Assembly (NCBI GenBank): GCA_016235595.1
Contig: JACRJX010000001.1
Span: 57,848 to 121,847 of the forward strand
Length of the DNA: 64,000 nt
Reading direction: 5' to 3'
DNA from: Verrucomicrobiota bacterium
Lineage (GTDB): Bacteria; Verrucomicrobiota; Verrucomicrobiia; CAIQCK01
This document shows positions 8,315 through 19,516 of this stretch, in pieces. The notes under the pieces were generated by a model, which saw only the letters and a program-made list of their open reading frames with translations, searched no databases and was not told the origin of the DNA. Each line of letters starts with the position of its first letter. Position 1 is the stretch's first letter. A program made the position numbers and the translations under genes.

Positions 8315-9640
8315 ATGATGACGGCGACAATTGAACGATTTTTCCAGGTGCGCGAGCGCGGCAGCACCGTCCGGCGGGAATGCCTGGCGGGCACGACGAC
8401 GTTCCTGACGATGGCTTACATCCTGTTCGTCCAGCCGATCGTGCTGGCCAAGACCGGCATGGATCATGACGCCGTGCTGATCGCGACGGCGGTGGGCAGC
8501 GCGTTCGCCACGCTGGTGATGGCGTTCTGCGCGAACTACCCCATCGCGCTGGCGCCGGCCATGGGCCACAACTTCTTCTTCGCCTACACCGTCTGCCTGG
8601 CCATGAAAATCCCCTGGGAAGTGGCACTCGGCGCGAACTTCATTTCCAGCGTGCTGTTCGTGGCGCTGGCGACGGTCAAGTTCCGCGAGCGGATCATGGA
8701 CGCGATTCCTTCCAGCCTCAAACACGCCATTGCCGCGGGTATCGGCCTTTTCATCGCGTTCATCGGGCTGGAATGGGCGGGCATCGTCGTCGCAAAGCCG
8801 GGCACGCTCGTCGGCCTCGGCGCGCTCAAGTTGCCGACGGCGCTGCTGTCGCTGACCGGGCTGGCGATCACCGCCGTGCTGTTTGCGCGCAAGGTCCGCA
8901 GCGCCATCCTGCTCGGCATTCTCGCAACGCTGGGCCTGGGCCTGGCGTGCGGCATGGTGAAATTCCACGGCATCATCGGTGTGCCGCATCCGCAACACTC
9001 GGCCTTCCTTCAGCTCGATCCGATCGGCGCTCTGAAGCTCGGTGTCGGCAGTGTCGTGTTCACGTTCTTCCTGCTGGCCGTGTTCGACACCGTCGGCACG
9101 CTGATTGGCGTGGCGCAGCAGGCGGGCTTCATGCGCAACGGCCAGCTCCCCAACGCCGGCCGCGCGCTGCTTTCCGACGCCGTCGGCACTGTCGCGGGCA
9201 CGTTGCTCGGCACCTCGACCATTTCGGCCTACATCGAGAGCGCCGCGGGCGTGTCAGCCGGCGCGCGCACCGGGCTGGCCAACATCGTCACCGCCGCGGT
9301 GTTTCTGCTGGCACTGGCGTTCGCGCCGCTGATCGCGATGGTCGGCGCAGGCGTGACGGTCGGCGAGGGAACGCTCTATCCGGTGACGGCGCCGGCATTG
9401 ATCGTCGTTGGGTTCTTGATGACAAAGAATATTCTCTACATCCCGTGGCGCGATCCAACCGAGGCGCTGCCGGCGTTCCTGACACTGATCGGCATTCCGC
9501 TGGCGTTCAGCATCGTGGATGGCATCGCGCTAGGCTTCATCGGTTATGTGGTGATGAAGTTCTTCACCGGCAAGCGCAGTGAAATCTCATGGGTCTCACT
9601 GGCCATCGCCGCGGCGTTCGTCATTCACTTCGCGCTGTAG
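8315..9640 (+). CDS. NCS2 family purine permease (adenine/guanine/hypoxanthine, AzgA/PurP-like)
   Basis: 'FFQVRERGSTVRRECLAGTTTFLTMAYILFVQP' is the typical N-terminus of AzgA-type permeases. About 12 hydrophobic segments. Confidence 0.85.
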   Translation: MMTATIERFFQVRERGSTVRRECLAGTTTFLTMAYILFVQPIVLAKTGMDHDAVLIATAVGSAFATLVMAFCANYPIALAPAMGHNFFFAYTVCLAMKIPWEVALGANFISSVLFVALATVKFRERIMDAIPSSLKHAIAAGIGLFIAFIGLEWAGIVVAKPGTLVGLGALKLPTALLSLTGLAITAVLFARKVRSAILLGILATLGLGLACGMVKFHGIIGVPHPQHSAFLQLDPIGALKLGVGSVVFTFFLLAVFDTVGTLIGVAQQAGFMRNGQLPNAGRALLSDAVGTVAGTLLGTSTISAYIESAAGVSAGARTGLANIVTAAVFLLALAFAPLIAMVGAGVTVGEGTLYPVTAPALIVVGFLMTKNILYIPWRDPTEALPAFLTLIGIPLAFSIVDGIALGFIGYVVMKFFTGKRSEISWVSLAIAAAFVIHFAL

Positions 9641-9657
9641 AAAAGCCCACGCGGTCT

Positions 9658-11085
9658 TTACGGCCCGACGCCCACTGCGTTCAGTTCGGTTTCGGGAGCG
9701 TTGCCGACGCGCAGGGTGCCTTCGATTTGCGCGGACGCCTGCGGCATCGCGGGAACAGGACCGGTGGCGGTGGCAGCGGGGAGGACAAGCTGGCCGCCCT
9801 TGGTAGTGACGGCGTTGCTATCCGAGACGGCGGACGTGGCGGGCGCTGCTGCAGATGCCATCTTGCCGACGGGAATGGAGTCGAACGTCATTCGCCCACC
9901 GCCGGCAACAGCGCCATAGGCAAGCGTGCCGTCTGCGGGCGACGACAACACACCATTGACGACGACGCGCTGGTTGACGCTGCGGTTTGTGCCGGTCGCG
10001 GTAAAGAAAAGCTGCTGTCCCGTCGAGCCGGATTCGAGGCGCCTGCTGACGGTTGCATCTCTTTCTCTCCAAACAAACTCTCCCGCCTGAGTCATAACCT
10101 GTCTCGGCGCTGGGGCTCGCGTCGGCGCCCGTCGGGCGCGTGAAGTCCTCCGCTCCAACGCCACCTGTTGTTGTGACGCGGACGCCAACTGGATTTGGCC
10201 TTCATAGATCGAGCCGTCGGTGTCCGTGATGACGACGCGGTCGCCGACTTGCTCCAGTTGGAATGAGGCCAGCACGGCTGGCGGTTGCGGCTGTGGCTGC
10301 GGCTCGCTCGACCGCTTGGCCGGCTCCACTTCTTGATCGCCCACTATCTGCGCGAACCGCAACCGCTGTGAAAGCGGCGCCATGTTGGAGACACCAGCGG
10401 TTACCACCCGCGTTGTATCGGCGAGCTCGGCCTTGCTAACATCGGCAGGCGCGGGCATCACGGCAGGTGCGCCAGGGGCTGCAGCGGCTGGCGGTTTCTC
10501 GGCCGGAGCAGGCGCGGCTGTCATGGCTGCAACCTGCTGATTGACCCTGGCCGGCGCTGCTCTTGCCATCTCCACTTTCGCCATTGTCACGGTCGCGGCC
10601 GTCTGCAATTTGTCGGTCTCTTTCAGTTTCTCGTCAACGACCAGCCCGACGCTGCCTGCGGCCTTGCTCTGGGCCTCTGCAAGTCCGCGATTGTCGGCAA
10701 GCTTCATTCCGGACGTCGCTGCGGGATCCGTTTCCAGACCGCCGCGGGTGAGATGCCCGAACGCCTGGACTTGCGGCTCGGCCTTCGCAAGCTCCACCGG
10801 CGGTTTGGCTTTCTTGCTGATGTCTGTCAGCACCACCATCGCGATGGCGGCCGCTGTCATCGCCGCCGCGCCAACGGCCAGCCGCGGCCACAACGCGACG
10901 AGCCGCTCCAACCACCGTTGCGGCGCCGGCCGCGCACCCGCCGCGCGCTGGGCAATCTCGCGTTGGAGCACAGCGCGTGTGTGCGAGGGCATATCGAGCG
11001 GCTCGCCGGCGGCGGCGCGTCGCTGCTTCGCGTAAGCCTTCAGCGTATTCTCGATGTTGTTGTGCGACTCGTCCGGCATATTCAT
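9658..11085 (-). CDS. Anti-sigma factor (single-pass membrane protein with large Ala/Pro-rich extracytoplasmic region)
   Basis: The ATG at 11083-11085 overlaps the sigma-factor TAA by 1 nt (TAATG). Layout is a short cytoplasmic N-terminus, a TM helix (LAVGAAAMTAAAIAMVVL), then a ~400-aa low-complexity ectodomain. The track ORF extension to 11484 lies antisense-frame inside the sigma gene and is rejected. Confidence 0.65.
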   Translation of the reverse strand: MNMPDESHNNIENTLKAYAKQRRAAAGEPLDMPSHTRAVLQREIAQRAAGARPAPQRWLERLVALWPRLAVGAAAMTAAAIAMVVLTDISKKAKPPVELAKAEPQVQAFGHLTRGGLETDPAATSGMKLADNRGLAEAQSKAAGSVGLVVDEKLKETDKLQTAATVTMAKVEMARAAPARVNQQVAAMTAAPAPAEKPPAAAAPGAPAVMPAPADVSKAELADTTRVVTAGVSNMAPLSQRLRFAQIVGDQEVEPAKRSSEPQPQPQPPAVLASFQLEQVGDRVVITDTDGSIYEGQIQLASASQQQVALERRTSRARRAPTRAPAPRQVMTQAGEFVWRERDATVSRRLESGSTGQQLFFTATGTNRSVNQRVVVNGVLSSPADGTLAYGAVAGGGRMTFDSIPVGKMASAAAPATSAVSDSNAVTTKGGQLVLPAATATGPVPAMPQASAQIEGTLRVGNAPETELNAVGVGP

Positions 11086-11705
11086 TAGACGGCAATGGGA
11101 GCAATTTTCTCCCGGCTGAACACACCGCGTGCGATGGCTTCCAGCCGGTCCAGACATTTGCTCAGGCGCGAGCTGACGGTCTTGACGTTGAGTTTCAGCG
11201 ACGCGGCGATCTCCTCGTAGCTGAGATCGGCGAAATAACGCAGTTCGATCACCTCGCGGCACGGCTCGCCGAGCTGGTCGAGCGCTTCGCCAACGAGCGC
11301 AGCCTGTTGCGCGCCGATCAACACGGCGTCGGGACCGGGCGCGGTGCTCGGCGGGTCGGGCGTGAGGCCGGTCTCCGGGTCCTCGGCTTGGAGCGAGACA
11401 GGCGTCTGACCGCCGCCACGCTTGGCGGCGCGCTGACGCTCGCGGTAATCGCGCGCCTTGTTGGCGGCGATGCGAAATAGCCACGTCTGGAACTGGCTCT
11501 CACCGTGGAAAGAATCGAGGTGTTTGACGACAGAGAGAAACGCCTCCTGGCAGATTTCCTCCACGTCGTCGCGGGTGAAATCGGAGCCGAGATGGAAGAC
11601 GAAGCGCGCCGCGGCGGCGTAGTGGGCGTCGAAAAGCCCATTCCACGCCTGCGCGTCGCCCGCGCGGCAACGACTCAACAGTTCGGTCTCGGCGGTCGGC
11701 TCCAT
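11085..11705 (-). CDS. ECF-type RNA polymerase sigma-70 family factor
   Basis: Region 2 (FDAHYAAAARFVFHL...DVEEICQEAFLSVVKHLDSF...FQTWLFRIAANKARDY). Region 4 (REVIELRYFADLSYEEIAASLKLNVKTVSSRLSKCLDRL). Confidence 0.9.
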   Translation of the reverse strand: MEPTAETELLSRCRAGDAQAWNGLFDAHYAAAARFVFHLGSDFTRDDVEEICQEAFLSVVKHLDSFHGESQFQTWLFRIAANKARDYRERQRAAKRGGGQTPVSLQAEDPETGLTPDPPSTAPGPDAVLIGAQQAALVGEALDQLGEPCREVIELRYFADLSYEEIAASLKLNVKTVSSRLSKCLDRLEAIARGVFSREKIAPIAV

Positions 11706-11865
11706 TTCTAATAATTCGCGAAGCTTTTCTTCGGACGTCCCGTCTAATGAAACACAGGCAATACAACTTGCGAATTATACCATGAAAAGACGTGCTGGGG
11801 TCAATTCCCTTGAACTTTCACCAGAAGAGACGACGATAGGAGTGTCCCGACGGGAGACCGGAATC

Positions 11866-13104
11866 ATGAACACAAATCTGAAACTTCGATGGATGGCGGG
11901 CGTGGCGATGGCGGCGGCGGTTTTCGGTGGCGGGGCTGCTCTCGGCAGCGTTGCGCCCGTGGCGCTGCAATCGCAATGTGAGGGAAACACGGCATTCGCC
12001 TGCGAGCTTTACGGCAGACTCAAGGGCACGGTGGGCGACGGCAACGTGTTCTTCTCGCCCTACAGCATCTCGACGGCGCTCGCGATGACCAGCGCGGGTG
12101 CGAGGGGTGAGACCGATGCGCAGATGGTAAAGGCGCTCCATTTCGAGCCTGACCCAGCCAAGCGGCACGCGGCCTTTGGCGCGATGGAAACGAACCTGAA
12201 CGCCGTGCAGAAGAAGGGCCAGGTCAAGCTCAGCGTGGCCAACTCGCTCTGGCCGCAGCAGGACTACAAGCTGCTGAAGAGCTTTCTGGGCCTCGTCAGG
12301 GAACATTACGGCGCGTCGGTCACGCCGTTGGATTTCCGCGCATCAGAGCCGGCGCGCAAGACGATCAATACCTGGGTTGAAGACAAAACGAATCAGAAGA
12401 TCAAGGACCTGATTCCCGGCGGCGTGCTGAGTGCCGCGACGCGGTTGGTATTGGTCAATGCCATTTACTTCAAAGGAAATTGGACCTCGCCATTCATGGC
12501 GGAAGCAACGAAAGAGCAGCCGTTCCGGTTGCAGTCGGGCCAGACCGTGCAGGCGCCGCTGATGTTCCAGCAGAAACATTTCAACTATGCCGAAAACGAC
12601 GAGGTGCAGGCACTGGAACTGCCCTATGCCGGTGACGACCTAACCATGATCGTGTTGTTGCCGCGGAAAGCGGATGGCCTGGCATCGCTTGAAAACTCTC
12701 TCTCCCCCGCGAACCTTGCGAAGTGGACACAGGCCATGTGGTCACCCGATGTGAAGGTGTACCTGCCGAAATTCAAGATGACGTGCCGGTTCAGCCTGAA
12801 CGACACGCTGAAGGCGATGGGCATGAGCAACGCGTTCGATCAGGCCCAGGCCGATTTCTCCGGCATGGACGGCGGCCGCAATCTCTTCATCTCGGCGGCG
12901 GTGCACAAGGCTTTCGTCGAGGTGAACGAACAAGGCACCGAGGCTGCCGCCGCAACGGGCATCGCGATGGGCCTGACCGCCCTGCCGAGACGGCCGATCG
13001 AGTTCCGTGCTGATCATCCATTCATCTTCCTCATCCGCGAGCGGAGCACGGGCAGCATCCTCTTCATCGGCCGCGTCACCCATCCGACGGCAGCAGGAGA
13101 ATAG
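11866..13104 (+). CDS. Secreted serpin-family protease inhibitor
   Basis: 'NVFFSPYSISTALAMTSAGARGETDAQM' N-terminal serpin block. Hinge plus reactive-centre loop 'EQGTEAAAATGIAMGLTALPRRP'. C-terminal 'FRADHPFIFLIRE'. ATG at 11866 is preceded by GGGAGA. A signal-like hydrophobic N-terminus is present. Confidence 0.9.
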   Translation: MNTNLKLRWMAGVAMAAAVFGGGAALGSVAPVALQSQCEGNTAFACELYGRLKGTVGDGNVFFSPYSISTALAMTSAGARGETDAQMVKALHFEPDPAKRHAAFGAMETNLNAVQKKGQVKLSVANSLWPQQDYKLLKSFLGLVREHYGASVTPLDFRASEPARKTINTWVEDKTNQKIKDLIPGGVLSAATRLVLVNAIYFKGNWTSPFMAEATKEQPFRLQSGQTVQAPLMFQQKHFNYAENDEVQALELPYAGDDLTMIVLLPRKADGLASLENSLSPANLAKWTQAMWSPDVKVYLPKFKMTCRFSLNDTLKAMGMSNAFDQAQADFSGMDGGRNLFISAAVHKAFVEVNEQGTEAAAATGIAMGLTALPRRPIEFRADHPFIFLIRERSTGSILFIGRVTHPTAAGE

Positions 13105-13116
13105 TGCCACCCGCGT

Positions 13117-14874
13117 TCACGCCGGACGGGATGGCAGAATCACGCTGAAGGTGGAGCCTTTGCCGACCTCGCTGCGGACCTCGATCCGGCAGCCCATGAG
13201 GTGGCAGAGCGCCCTGGCCAGGGTCAGCCCGAGACCCACACCACCGTACTTGCGCGTCATGCCGAAGTCGGCCTGCTGGAAGGCTTCAAAGATCGCCGCG
13301 AGCCGGTCTTTGGGGATGCCGATGCCCGTGTCGGTCACGTCCACACGAACCGGCTGACGGGTGGTTTCGTCCACGGCGACCTGCACGACAATGCTGCCAC
13401 GCTCAGTGAACTTCAGCGCGTTGCCGATGAGGATGACGAGCACCTGCTTGAGTCTCGCTTCATCGGTTCTCAGCGGGGTGATGCGATCGGGCAGCTTGGC
13501 GGAAAGCGCAATGGGCCGGTCACGAAGCTGAAACTCCAACCCGGCAATGATCTCTGGAATCAAGCGATCCAATGCCACCGGCACACTTTGCAACTGCACC
13601 CGGTGCGTTTCGATGTCAGACAGTTCGAGCACCTGTCCGATCATGCCCAGCAGGTGTTTGCCGTTGGCCGCGATTCGTTCCAGGAAACCCAGGTCGGTGG
13701 CATCCAGTTTTCCCTCTTTGTTTTTCAGCAGGACGTTGGCGAACCCGATGACGGCATTCAGCGGCGTCCGCAGCTCGTGGCTCATGTTGGCCAGAAAAAG
13801 GCTTTTGGCGCGGTTGGCGGCCTCGGCGGCATCGCGCGCGCGGCGCAGTTCCGCTTCGGCGTGTTTGCGCAGAGTGATGTCCTGCTCGATGGCGATGAAG
13901 TGCGCGATCTGACCGTGCGCATCGCGCACGGGTGTGATGGTGATCTCCTGCGTGTAGAGACTGCCGTCCCTGCGCTTGTTGACGATCTCGCCATGCCAGA
14001 TTCTCCCCGACAAGATTCTCCTCCAAAGATGCTGATAAAATACCGCGTCGTGTTTGCCTGACTTCAGAAAGCGCGGGTTTTGCCCGATGGCCTCCGCCAC
14101 GGTGTAACCGGTCAATTCGGTGAACGCCGGATTGCACCATTGGATGGTGCCCTGCCGGTCCGTGATCAGGATGGACGTGGCTGCGGCGTTCAACGCGGCC
14201 GCCTGCAGGCGCAGTTGCTGTGCCGAACGAGCGCGCGCGGCCAGATCGCGGCCCGCCACGGAAATCAGCGTGCCCGTGCCAAGGAAGCAGAACGCCACCG
14301 CCGTTGTGATGGACATCGGGATCACGGATTCCCGATAGAGCAACGGCGCCTGATAGAGATAGCCCAGGAAAAATATCACACCGACAAACGCCACCACCAC
14401 CGCCAACGCCTCGGCCACCAATCGCCACCATCCGGAAGCGATCAAGAACAGCGCGATACTGACATAGAGAAGACTCAGCCCCGTGATGAACGCCATTTTC
14501 CCCAGCGGGATCAGCCCCATGGACTCCCCCGGCGCGCTAATAATCCAGTAGTCCACTCCCAGATCCACGCCTGTGACCGATTCGCTGAGCCTCGCCAGGC
14601 TGACCAATCCGACCGCCACGATCAGCGCCTTGGCAACAACGAGACCGCGTTTGTCGCCATGTTGCATCAGCGCCAATGCCGCCGCGAGCATGACAAGCGC
14701 CACGGCCGCGTTCGGCGCCATGGGAATCCAGTTTCGGCTCACGCCGGCCAGTTCACGCAACCCCGTCACCCACCCGCCCAGCGCCAGCGCCGCGATGCTT
14801 GCCGTAGCCGCTCCGCTCAGATACGTCGCGAGTTCAAGCCAGTCTGTCGGATGCGATTGGGACTTCATCGCCAT
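13117..14874 (-). CDS. Membrane sensor histidine kinase (multi-TM N-terminal domain, PAS, HisKA, HATPase_c)
   Basis: H-box 'FLANMSHELRTPLNAVIGF'. N/G boxes (LIGNALKFT, DTGIGIP, GGVGLGLTL). PAS region (TDRQGTIQWCNPAFTELTGY). No cognate response regulator is adjacent. Confidence 0.9.
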   Translation of the reverse strand: MAMKSQSHPTDWLELATYLSGAATASIAALALGGWVTGLRELAGVSRNWIPMAPNAAVALVMLAAALALMQHGDKRGLVVAKALIVAVGLVSLARLSESVTGVDLGVDYWIISAPGESMGLIPLGKMAFITGLSLLYVSIALFLIASGWWRLVAEALAVVVAFVGVIFFLGYLYQAPLLYRESVIPMSITTAVAFCFLGTGTLISVAGRDLAARARSAQQLRLQAAALNAAATSILITDRQGTIQWCNPAFTELTGYTVAEAIGQNPRFLKSGKHDAVFYQHLWRRILSGRIWHGEIVNKRRDGSLYTQEITITPVRDAHGQIAHFIAIEQDITLRKHAEAELRRARDAAEAANRAKSLFLANMSHELRTPLNAVIGFANVLLKNKEGKLDATDLGFLERIAANGKHLLGMIGQVLELSDIETHRVQLQSVPVALDRLIPEIIAGLEFQLRDRPIALSAKLPDRITPLRTDEARLKQVLVILIGNALKFTERGSIVVQVAVDETTRQPVRVDVTDTGIGIPKDRLAAIFEAFQQADFGMTRKYGGVGLGLTLARALCHLMGCRIEVRSEVGKGSTFSVILPSRPA

Positions 14875-14889
14875 CTGGGTTCTTTGCCA

Positions 14890-15672
14890 TCACAGCGTCC
14901 GCAGATGAAATCCTCCGTCCACGTTGATGACCTCGCCGGTGGAGAACGGCAGCAAGTCCTGTGCGACCGCCGCCACCGCGCGACCGATGTCCTCCGGCTG
15001 GCCCCAACGCTTGATCGGTGTCAGCCCGCCGGCGATCAGCGCGTCGTATTTCGCCTTGACCGGCCCGGTCATGTCGGTGGCGATGACGCCCGGACGGATT
15101 TCAAAAACCAGGATACCGTGCTCCGCCAGCCGCGCTGCGTAGAGCTTCGCCATCATCGCCACCCCCGCCTTCGACACGCAATAATCGCCGCGGTTCGACG
15201 ACGCCGTGTAGGCCGAGATCGACGAGACGATCACGATCTTCGGCCGATAGCCGCTGCCCGCCGCTTTCGTCTGCTCCACCATCCACCGCGCCACAAGTTG
15301 CGTCAGGAAATACGGCCCCTTCAGGTTGATGTTGATCAGCCGGTCAAAACTCTCCTCACCCGCCTCCAGGATGTCCGCGCGCACCGCGGGCGCCACGCCT
15401 GCGTTGTTCACCAGCAAATCCAGCCGTCCGAACGTCTGCCGCACAAACTCCACCAACCGCAGCCGATCCGCCGCGATGGAGACATCGGCCTGGCAAACCT
15501 CCGCGCGGATCTTGTTTGCGCCGAGCTTCACGCACTCGTCGCGCGTCTGTCTGGCCGCGTCAGCGTTGCCGGCGTAGTTGATGACGAGATCGTAGCCGAT
15601 TTTGGCGAGTTCTCCCGCGATCCCGCGGCCGATGCCGCGCGACGCGCCGGTGATGAGAGCAACGGGGTTCAT
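14890..15672 (-). CDS. Short-chain dehydrogenase/reductase (SDR) family oxidoreductase
   Basis: '[15 protein letters not shown]' Rossmann motif, 'NNAG', and catalytic 'YCVSK' (YxxxK). Start ATG at 15672. The track extension to 15903 is rejected. Confidence 0.85.
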   Translation of the reverse strand: MNPVALITGASRGIGRGIAGELAKIGYDLVINYAGNADAARQTRDECVKLGANKIRAEVCQADVSIAADRLRLVEFVRQTFGRLDLLVNNAGVAPAVRADILEAGEESFDRLININLKGPYFLTQLVARWMVEQTKAAGSGYRPKIVIVSSISAYTASSNRGDYCVSKAGVAMMAKLYAARLAEHGILVFEIRPGVIATDMTGPVKAKYDALIAGGLTPIKRWGQPEDIGRAVAAVAQDLLPFSTGEVINVDGGFHLRTL

Positions 15673-15796
15673 AAAAGTTTGGTCTCCGCGTGCCGTTTTG
15701 TGACCGCTAATCAACGCCTGAATCAGCCGATTCTCAAGCTTGAAAGCCGGACCGCCAACCGTGGCGCAAGATTCCGGCTTGCGCCACCTTGAACAC

Positions 15797-18700
15797 TTAC
15801 TTGGTAAACCGAATGCGATAGCCGAACGCTTTCCCGTCGTGCGCGAGCTGTAACGTGTCTCCGTTTTGGTTGAATGGCTGTTCGCCGGACGGTTTGCCAT
15901 CACTATCGAGCATCACGACGCGCTCGACTTTTTTGCCGGTCGCGTCGAGGCGGTCGAGCCGCAACGTCGCTTGGAACGCCGGCGTCGATGGCAGCGGCGT
16001 CAGTTCCATCTCAGTGCCGCCGTGGCGCAGCCGGAACGCGCCGTTCGTGGCGACCGGACCAAAGTCCACAACCTTGCCCGCGCTGTTCACGCGCGTTTGC
16101 CGCGCGGTGAAGTCTGGATCAACCGGCTCCGGCTGGAATGCAACGACGACGCGTCCGCCCTCGCGCTTGATTTCGATCCTGCCGCAGCGCGCCCGGCCGG
16201 AACCGTCCACCGCGCCGCGCATGGCCAATCGCGAGCCGCCTTTGCCCGGATGATAGAAACCACAGCGAACGGCAACAGTCGCCGGTAGTTTCACCGATTC
16301 CGGAACACTGCTTTCGATGGTGGCGGCGCAGGTTCCCGGCGTCGCCAGTTTTGCCGCGTCCAGTTTCCAATTTCCCTGGAACACGATGCCTTCGTGTGAA
16401 CTGCGTTTCTCGTCGATGAAATGGACGAACGCCCGGTAGCCGTCGGGCACGCCCTGCGCCACGGAGCATTCCACGCGCAGCCGGAACCTGCCGTTGCCTA
16501 AATCCTCTGCGCCCAGCACGCGCGGCTCCACATGACCCGTGTTCTCCGAGGCCTCTGGCCGCGCGTCGGCAAACAGCTCGCCCGGTTTTCGCGCGAAGCC
16601 GGCGATGACGCCGTCGCGCCGTGTCACGCCCGCCTCGCGGTCGCCCGCGCGCACGATGAAGCCGTATCGCGGCAGCGTCGCGCCATCCACCTGCCAGTCG
16701 CTCATGCCGCGGTTGGAGTGAACCGCCACGTCGCCGGCAAACTTCACGCTTTGCCGGTGGATGTCGTCGCCGGCAAACTCATGCGACAGCATCTCGCGCC
16801 GGGCCAGCACCTCGCAGACATCATGGAGCAGCCAGTAGGTCATCACCGCGCGCCGCGAGAACGGCCCGTCGCACATCGGATTGCGGCCACCGATGACCGT
16901 GTTGCTCAGGTAATCGTCACTGGCGTAGCCGTGGAGGAACTGGTCGGTCTCGCCGGAGTAGCGATGCCCCAGCCCGCCCGCGAGCAGCACAAACGCACCG
17001 TGGCTGGCCATGTCGTGCCACGGCACGCGCTCGGCATCGCCCGCCTCCATCCGCCAGTTGAAATGCGTTTCCTGCCCCGGCATCCATCCGCTGTGGTCGC
17101 TCTGGCCCGCGTCGAGATGCCCGATGAGGCCGTCGTGGCCTGCCTCGCTGATCTGCGGCGCGTTGTTGCCGAACACCGCCCGGATGCGGTCAAACGCCGC
17201 ACCCCACCGCTCAGCGCTAACCATCTTCGGATAGAAGCGGCCCGTGCGGTCGTAGAAATCCACCGGTGGGATCGCCGTAAATACATCCACGAAACAGCTC
17301 GTGGGCCCGAAGCCGCGTTTCATCAGCCGCAGGTTGCGATCAAGCCACGGCTGGAACGCCGTTGGCAGCCAGCGGTAGCTCAGCGCATCGCGCCCCTTGT
17401 TGAACCACGCTTTCTGTGGTGTGCCGTCCGCGTTGAAGATGATGTGGTCGTAGGAATAGCCCTCGGCGTCGGGATAGAAATCAATGTAGTTGTCGTGCGG
17501 ACAGAACAGCATGCCGTTGCGCTTGCATGCCGTGACCATGGCCATGAAATCGTCCTGATTCCCCGCAGGTGGATAGATGTCCGGCAGACGGTAATCGTAA
17601 CCCCAGCGCTGCCAGACATGCTTCACGAACACCCCGTCGGTCAGCCCATAGCGCGCGGCTTGTTCAATGCCATTGGCGGCTTCGCGGTAGTCGCCGCCCC
17701 ACTGGTCGAGGCAGATGCGTCCCTGGATTTTTGCGACACCGCCGGCCGGCTTGAAGTTGGCGAGGGCGCGATACACCCGCGCCGCCGCGAACGCGCCGTG
17801 CTGCGACGGCACCAGCGAGAACGTCGCGTCATGGTGCGTCACCAGCGAGCAACGCCGTGTCTCCGGGTCCACGCGGAAGAAGTCGGGGAAAATGTCCACC
17901 GCCTGCACCAACGACAGCCCGCCGGCAAAATCCGCGCCGACATGCCGCGTCGAAAGCGTGAAGCCTCCACCGCGCAGATCGAACTTGCCGGGATCCTGAA
18001 TCACGTTGCCGAAACCGGCATAAACGCGCCGCGCCTTCTCCGACGCCGGGCCGAGCATCAGTTGGGTAAATCGTGGCTCGCCGCGTTTGTCGCGTTTCAC
18101 GCCCGGCATCGAGAACATCACGCGTAGCGCTCCCTTCTCTGTCCAAAGCTTCGCCCGCGCGCGCACCGGCTGGTCGCCCTTGAGCAGGTAATGATCGAGC
18201 ACGCCTCTGCCATCGCTGAAACTGTCCTCGACGCGATCGCAGATCAGGCTGGCGCGGCTCGTCGCAATCGGCAGACCGTCAACCTCGAACGTGAAGCCGT
18301 CGAAGACCACTTCGCGTTTGTCGTCCACGAACGCGATGAACGCGTCCGCCAGTCCGTTCGGCCCGGCCACGACCGCAGCGCCCACTGTGGCCGCCTCGTT
18401 TGTCAGCTTCCACGCCCAATCAATGGCGTCACCCGTCAGCACCGCCCGCGCCGCACGCACCGCCGCCTGCCGTCGGGCCGCGCGCCGTTCCTCCGGTTCC
18501 GCCGCGACCGGCGCGCCGACCCATACCGTCGGCTCGGCCCAGAACGACGAGTCACATGATGTGTTGTGCGCCGGGCCGGGCCCGGTGAACAACCGCAGCG
18601 TGATCTCACGGCCCGCGTAATCGGAAAGATCCACGCGCGCCGGCTCCCAGCTTTTGGCGGCGGAGAACCTCGCAAAAACCTGCTTGAACTCCCCACCGTC

Positions 18701-19516
18701 GCTGACGAGCACACGGAAATCCACGCCGTCGCTCGCGCCCTCGCGTTTTGCATTGCTGTCGCGGATGGCGGTGGCGAAGTCCAGATGAACCGGCTTCTGT
18801 TTCGGCAGCGCAACGCGAAAATCCATCAGCGCGTCGCCCCAGCCGCCGCGATACGGCGGATGCACGTTGAACGCGTGTCGTGCCTCACCACGGTCGGCGT
18901 TGGAGCTTCCCACGCTGCAACCGGTCGCCGCGTCAGAGCCTTGCCAACCCACTGGCTTGATCATCGGCGGTTTGCCGTTCACGGCAATGGTTGTCTGGAA
19001 AGACTTCACCGCAAGCAGACTTAACGGGCCGCGCTGCGGCGCGCGTGCCACCGCTGGCGTCTCCGCCTTCTTCTCCGCCGCCAATGCCTCGCGCGCCACT
19101 GACAGGATCAGGATGGCGTGCGCGGTCTGTGGCTTGCCCTTTGCGGAGCGAAACTCGACCCGTGCGTGGACGGGGTAGAGCGCCGCGTAGGTGCCCGCGC
19201 CGGCGACGACTGAAAACGGCAGCGTCTGCTTGGAATTCGGCGCGAGCGTGAACTTGCGCGCCCGTTCGTTCTCGACACGCCAGTCGTCCGTCACCGACAC
19301 GCGCACGACACCGGAGAGCGGTGCGTCACCGGCGTTGGCGAGCGTCACCGGCACGGAGATGGATTTCTCCAGGGCCTTCACCTCGCCGGGATCAGCGATG
19401 CTGACGGTGAGCGGCCCAGCCGTATCGCGTGGCGGCGTGAATGCCAGTGCAAGCGCGGAGGCGGCCAGAAAAGTGGTGATTCCAGATAGCGAGCGGCACG
19501 AGCAAAGTGTTTTCAT
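15797..19516 (-). CDS. Giant (1239 aa) secreted protein, putative glycoside hydrolase with accessory beta-sandwich domains
   Basis: Start [25 protein letters not shown] is a signal peptide. N-terminal Ig/NEW3-like region. The central region ([20 protein letters not shown]...[17 protein letters not shown]...[10 protein letters not shown]) resembles a TIM-barrel glycosidase core. Family not assigned. Confidence 0.5.
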   Translation of the reverse strand: MKTLCSCRSLSGITTFLAASALALAFTPPRDTAGPLTVSIADPGEVKALEKSISVPVTLANAGDAPLSGVVRVSVTDDWRVENERARKFTLAPNSKQTLPFSVVAGAGTYAALYPVHARVEFRSAKGKPQTAHAILILSVAREALAAEKKAETPAVARAPQRGPLSLLAVKSFQTTIAVNGKPPMIKPVGWQGSDAATGCSVGSSNADRGEARHAFNVHPPYRGGWGDALMDFRVALPKQKPVHLDFATAIRDSNAKREGASDGVDFRVLVSDGGEFKQVFARFSAAKSWEPARVDLSDYAGREITLRLFTGPGPAHNTSCDSSFWAEPTVWVGAPVAAEPEERRAARRQAAVRAARAVLTGDAIDWAWKLTNEAATVGAAVVAGPNGLADAFIAFVDDKREVVFDGFTFEVDGLPIATSRASLICDRVEDSFSDGRGVLDHYLLKGDQPVRARAKLWTEKGALRVMFSMPGVKRDKRGEPRFTQLMLGPASEKARRVYAGFGNVIQDPGKFDLRGGGFTLSTRHVGADFAGGLSLVQAVDIFPDFFRVDPETRRCSLVTHHDATFSLVPSQHGAFAAARVYRALANFKPAGGVAKIQGRICLDQWGGDYREAANGIEQAARYGLTDGVFVKHVWQRWGYDYRLPDIYPPAGNQDDFMAMVTACKRNGMLFCPHDNYIDFYPDAEGYSYDHIIFNADGTPQKAWFNKGRDALSYRWLPTAFQPWLDRNLRLMKRGFGPTSCFVDVFTAIPPVDFYDRTGRFYPKMVSAERWGAAFDRIRAVFGNNAPQISEAGHDGLIGHLDAGQSDHSGWMPGQETHFNWRMEAGDAERVPWHDMASHGAFVLLAGGLGHRYSGETDQFLHGYASDDYLSNTVIGGRNPMCDGPFSRRAVMTYWLLHDVCEVLARREMLSHEFAGDDIHRQSVKFAGDVAVHSNRGMSDWQVDGATLPRYGFIVRAGDREAGVTRRDGVIAGFARKPGELFADARPEASENTGHVEPRVLGAEDLGNGRFRLRVECSVAQGVPDGYRAFVHFIDEKRSSHEGIVFQGNWKLDAAKLATPGTCAATIESSVPESVKLPATVAVRCGFYHPGKGGSRLAMRGAVDGSGRARCGRIEIKREGGRVVVAFQPEPVDPDFTARQTRVNSAGKVVDFGPVATNGAFRLRHGGTEMELTPLPSTPAFQATLRLDRLDATGKKVERVVMLDSDGKPSGEQPFNQNGDTLQLAHDGKAFGYRIRFTK

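Noticed and set aside
11774-11804. TTGACC-N19-TATAAT on the minus strand, as a promoter for the ECF sigma operon.
   Set aside because: Both hexamers are good, but the 19-nt spacer is longer than the functional optimum. It is left as a possibility only.
11812-11834. Possible ECF-type promoter (GAAC ... CGAC) in front of the serpin gene.
   Set aside because: The spacing is off (15 nt between GAAC and CGAC, versus 16-17 to CGT in typical ECF promoters) and the -10 is not CGTC-like. This is too weak to call without a consensus for this sigma factor.
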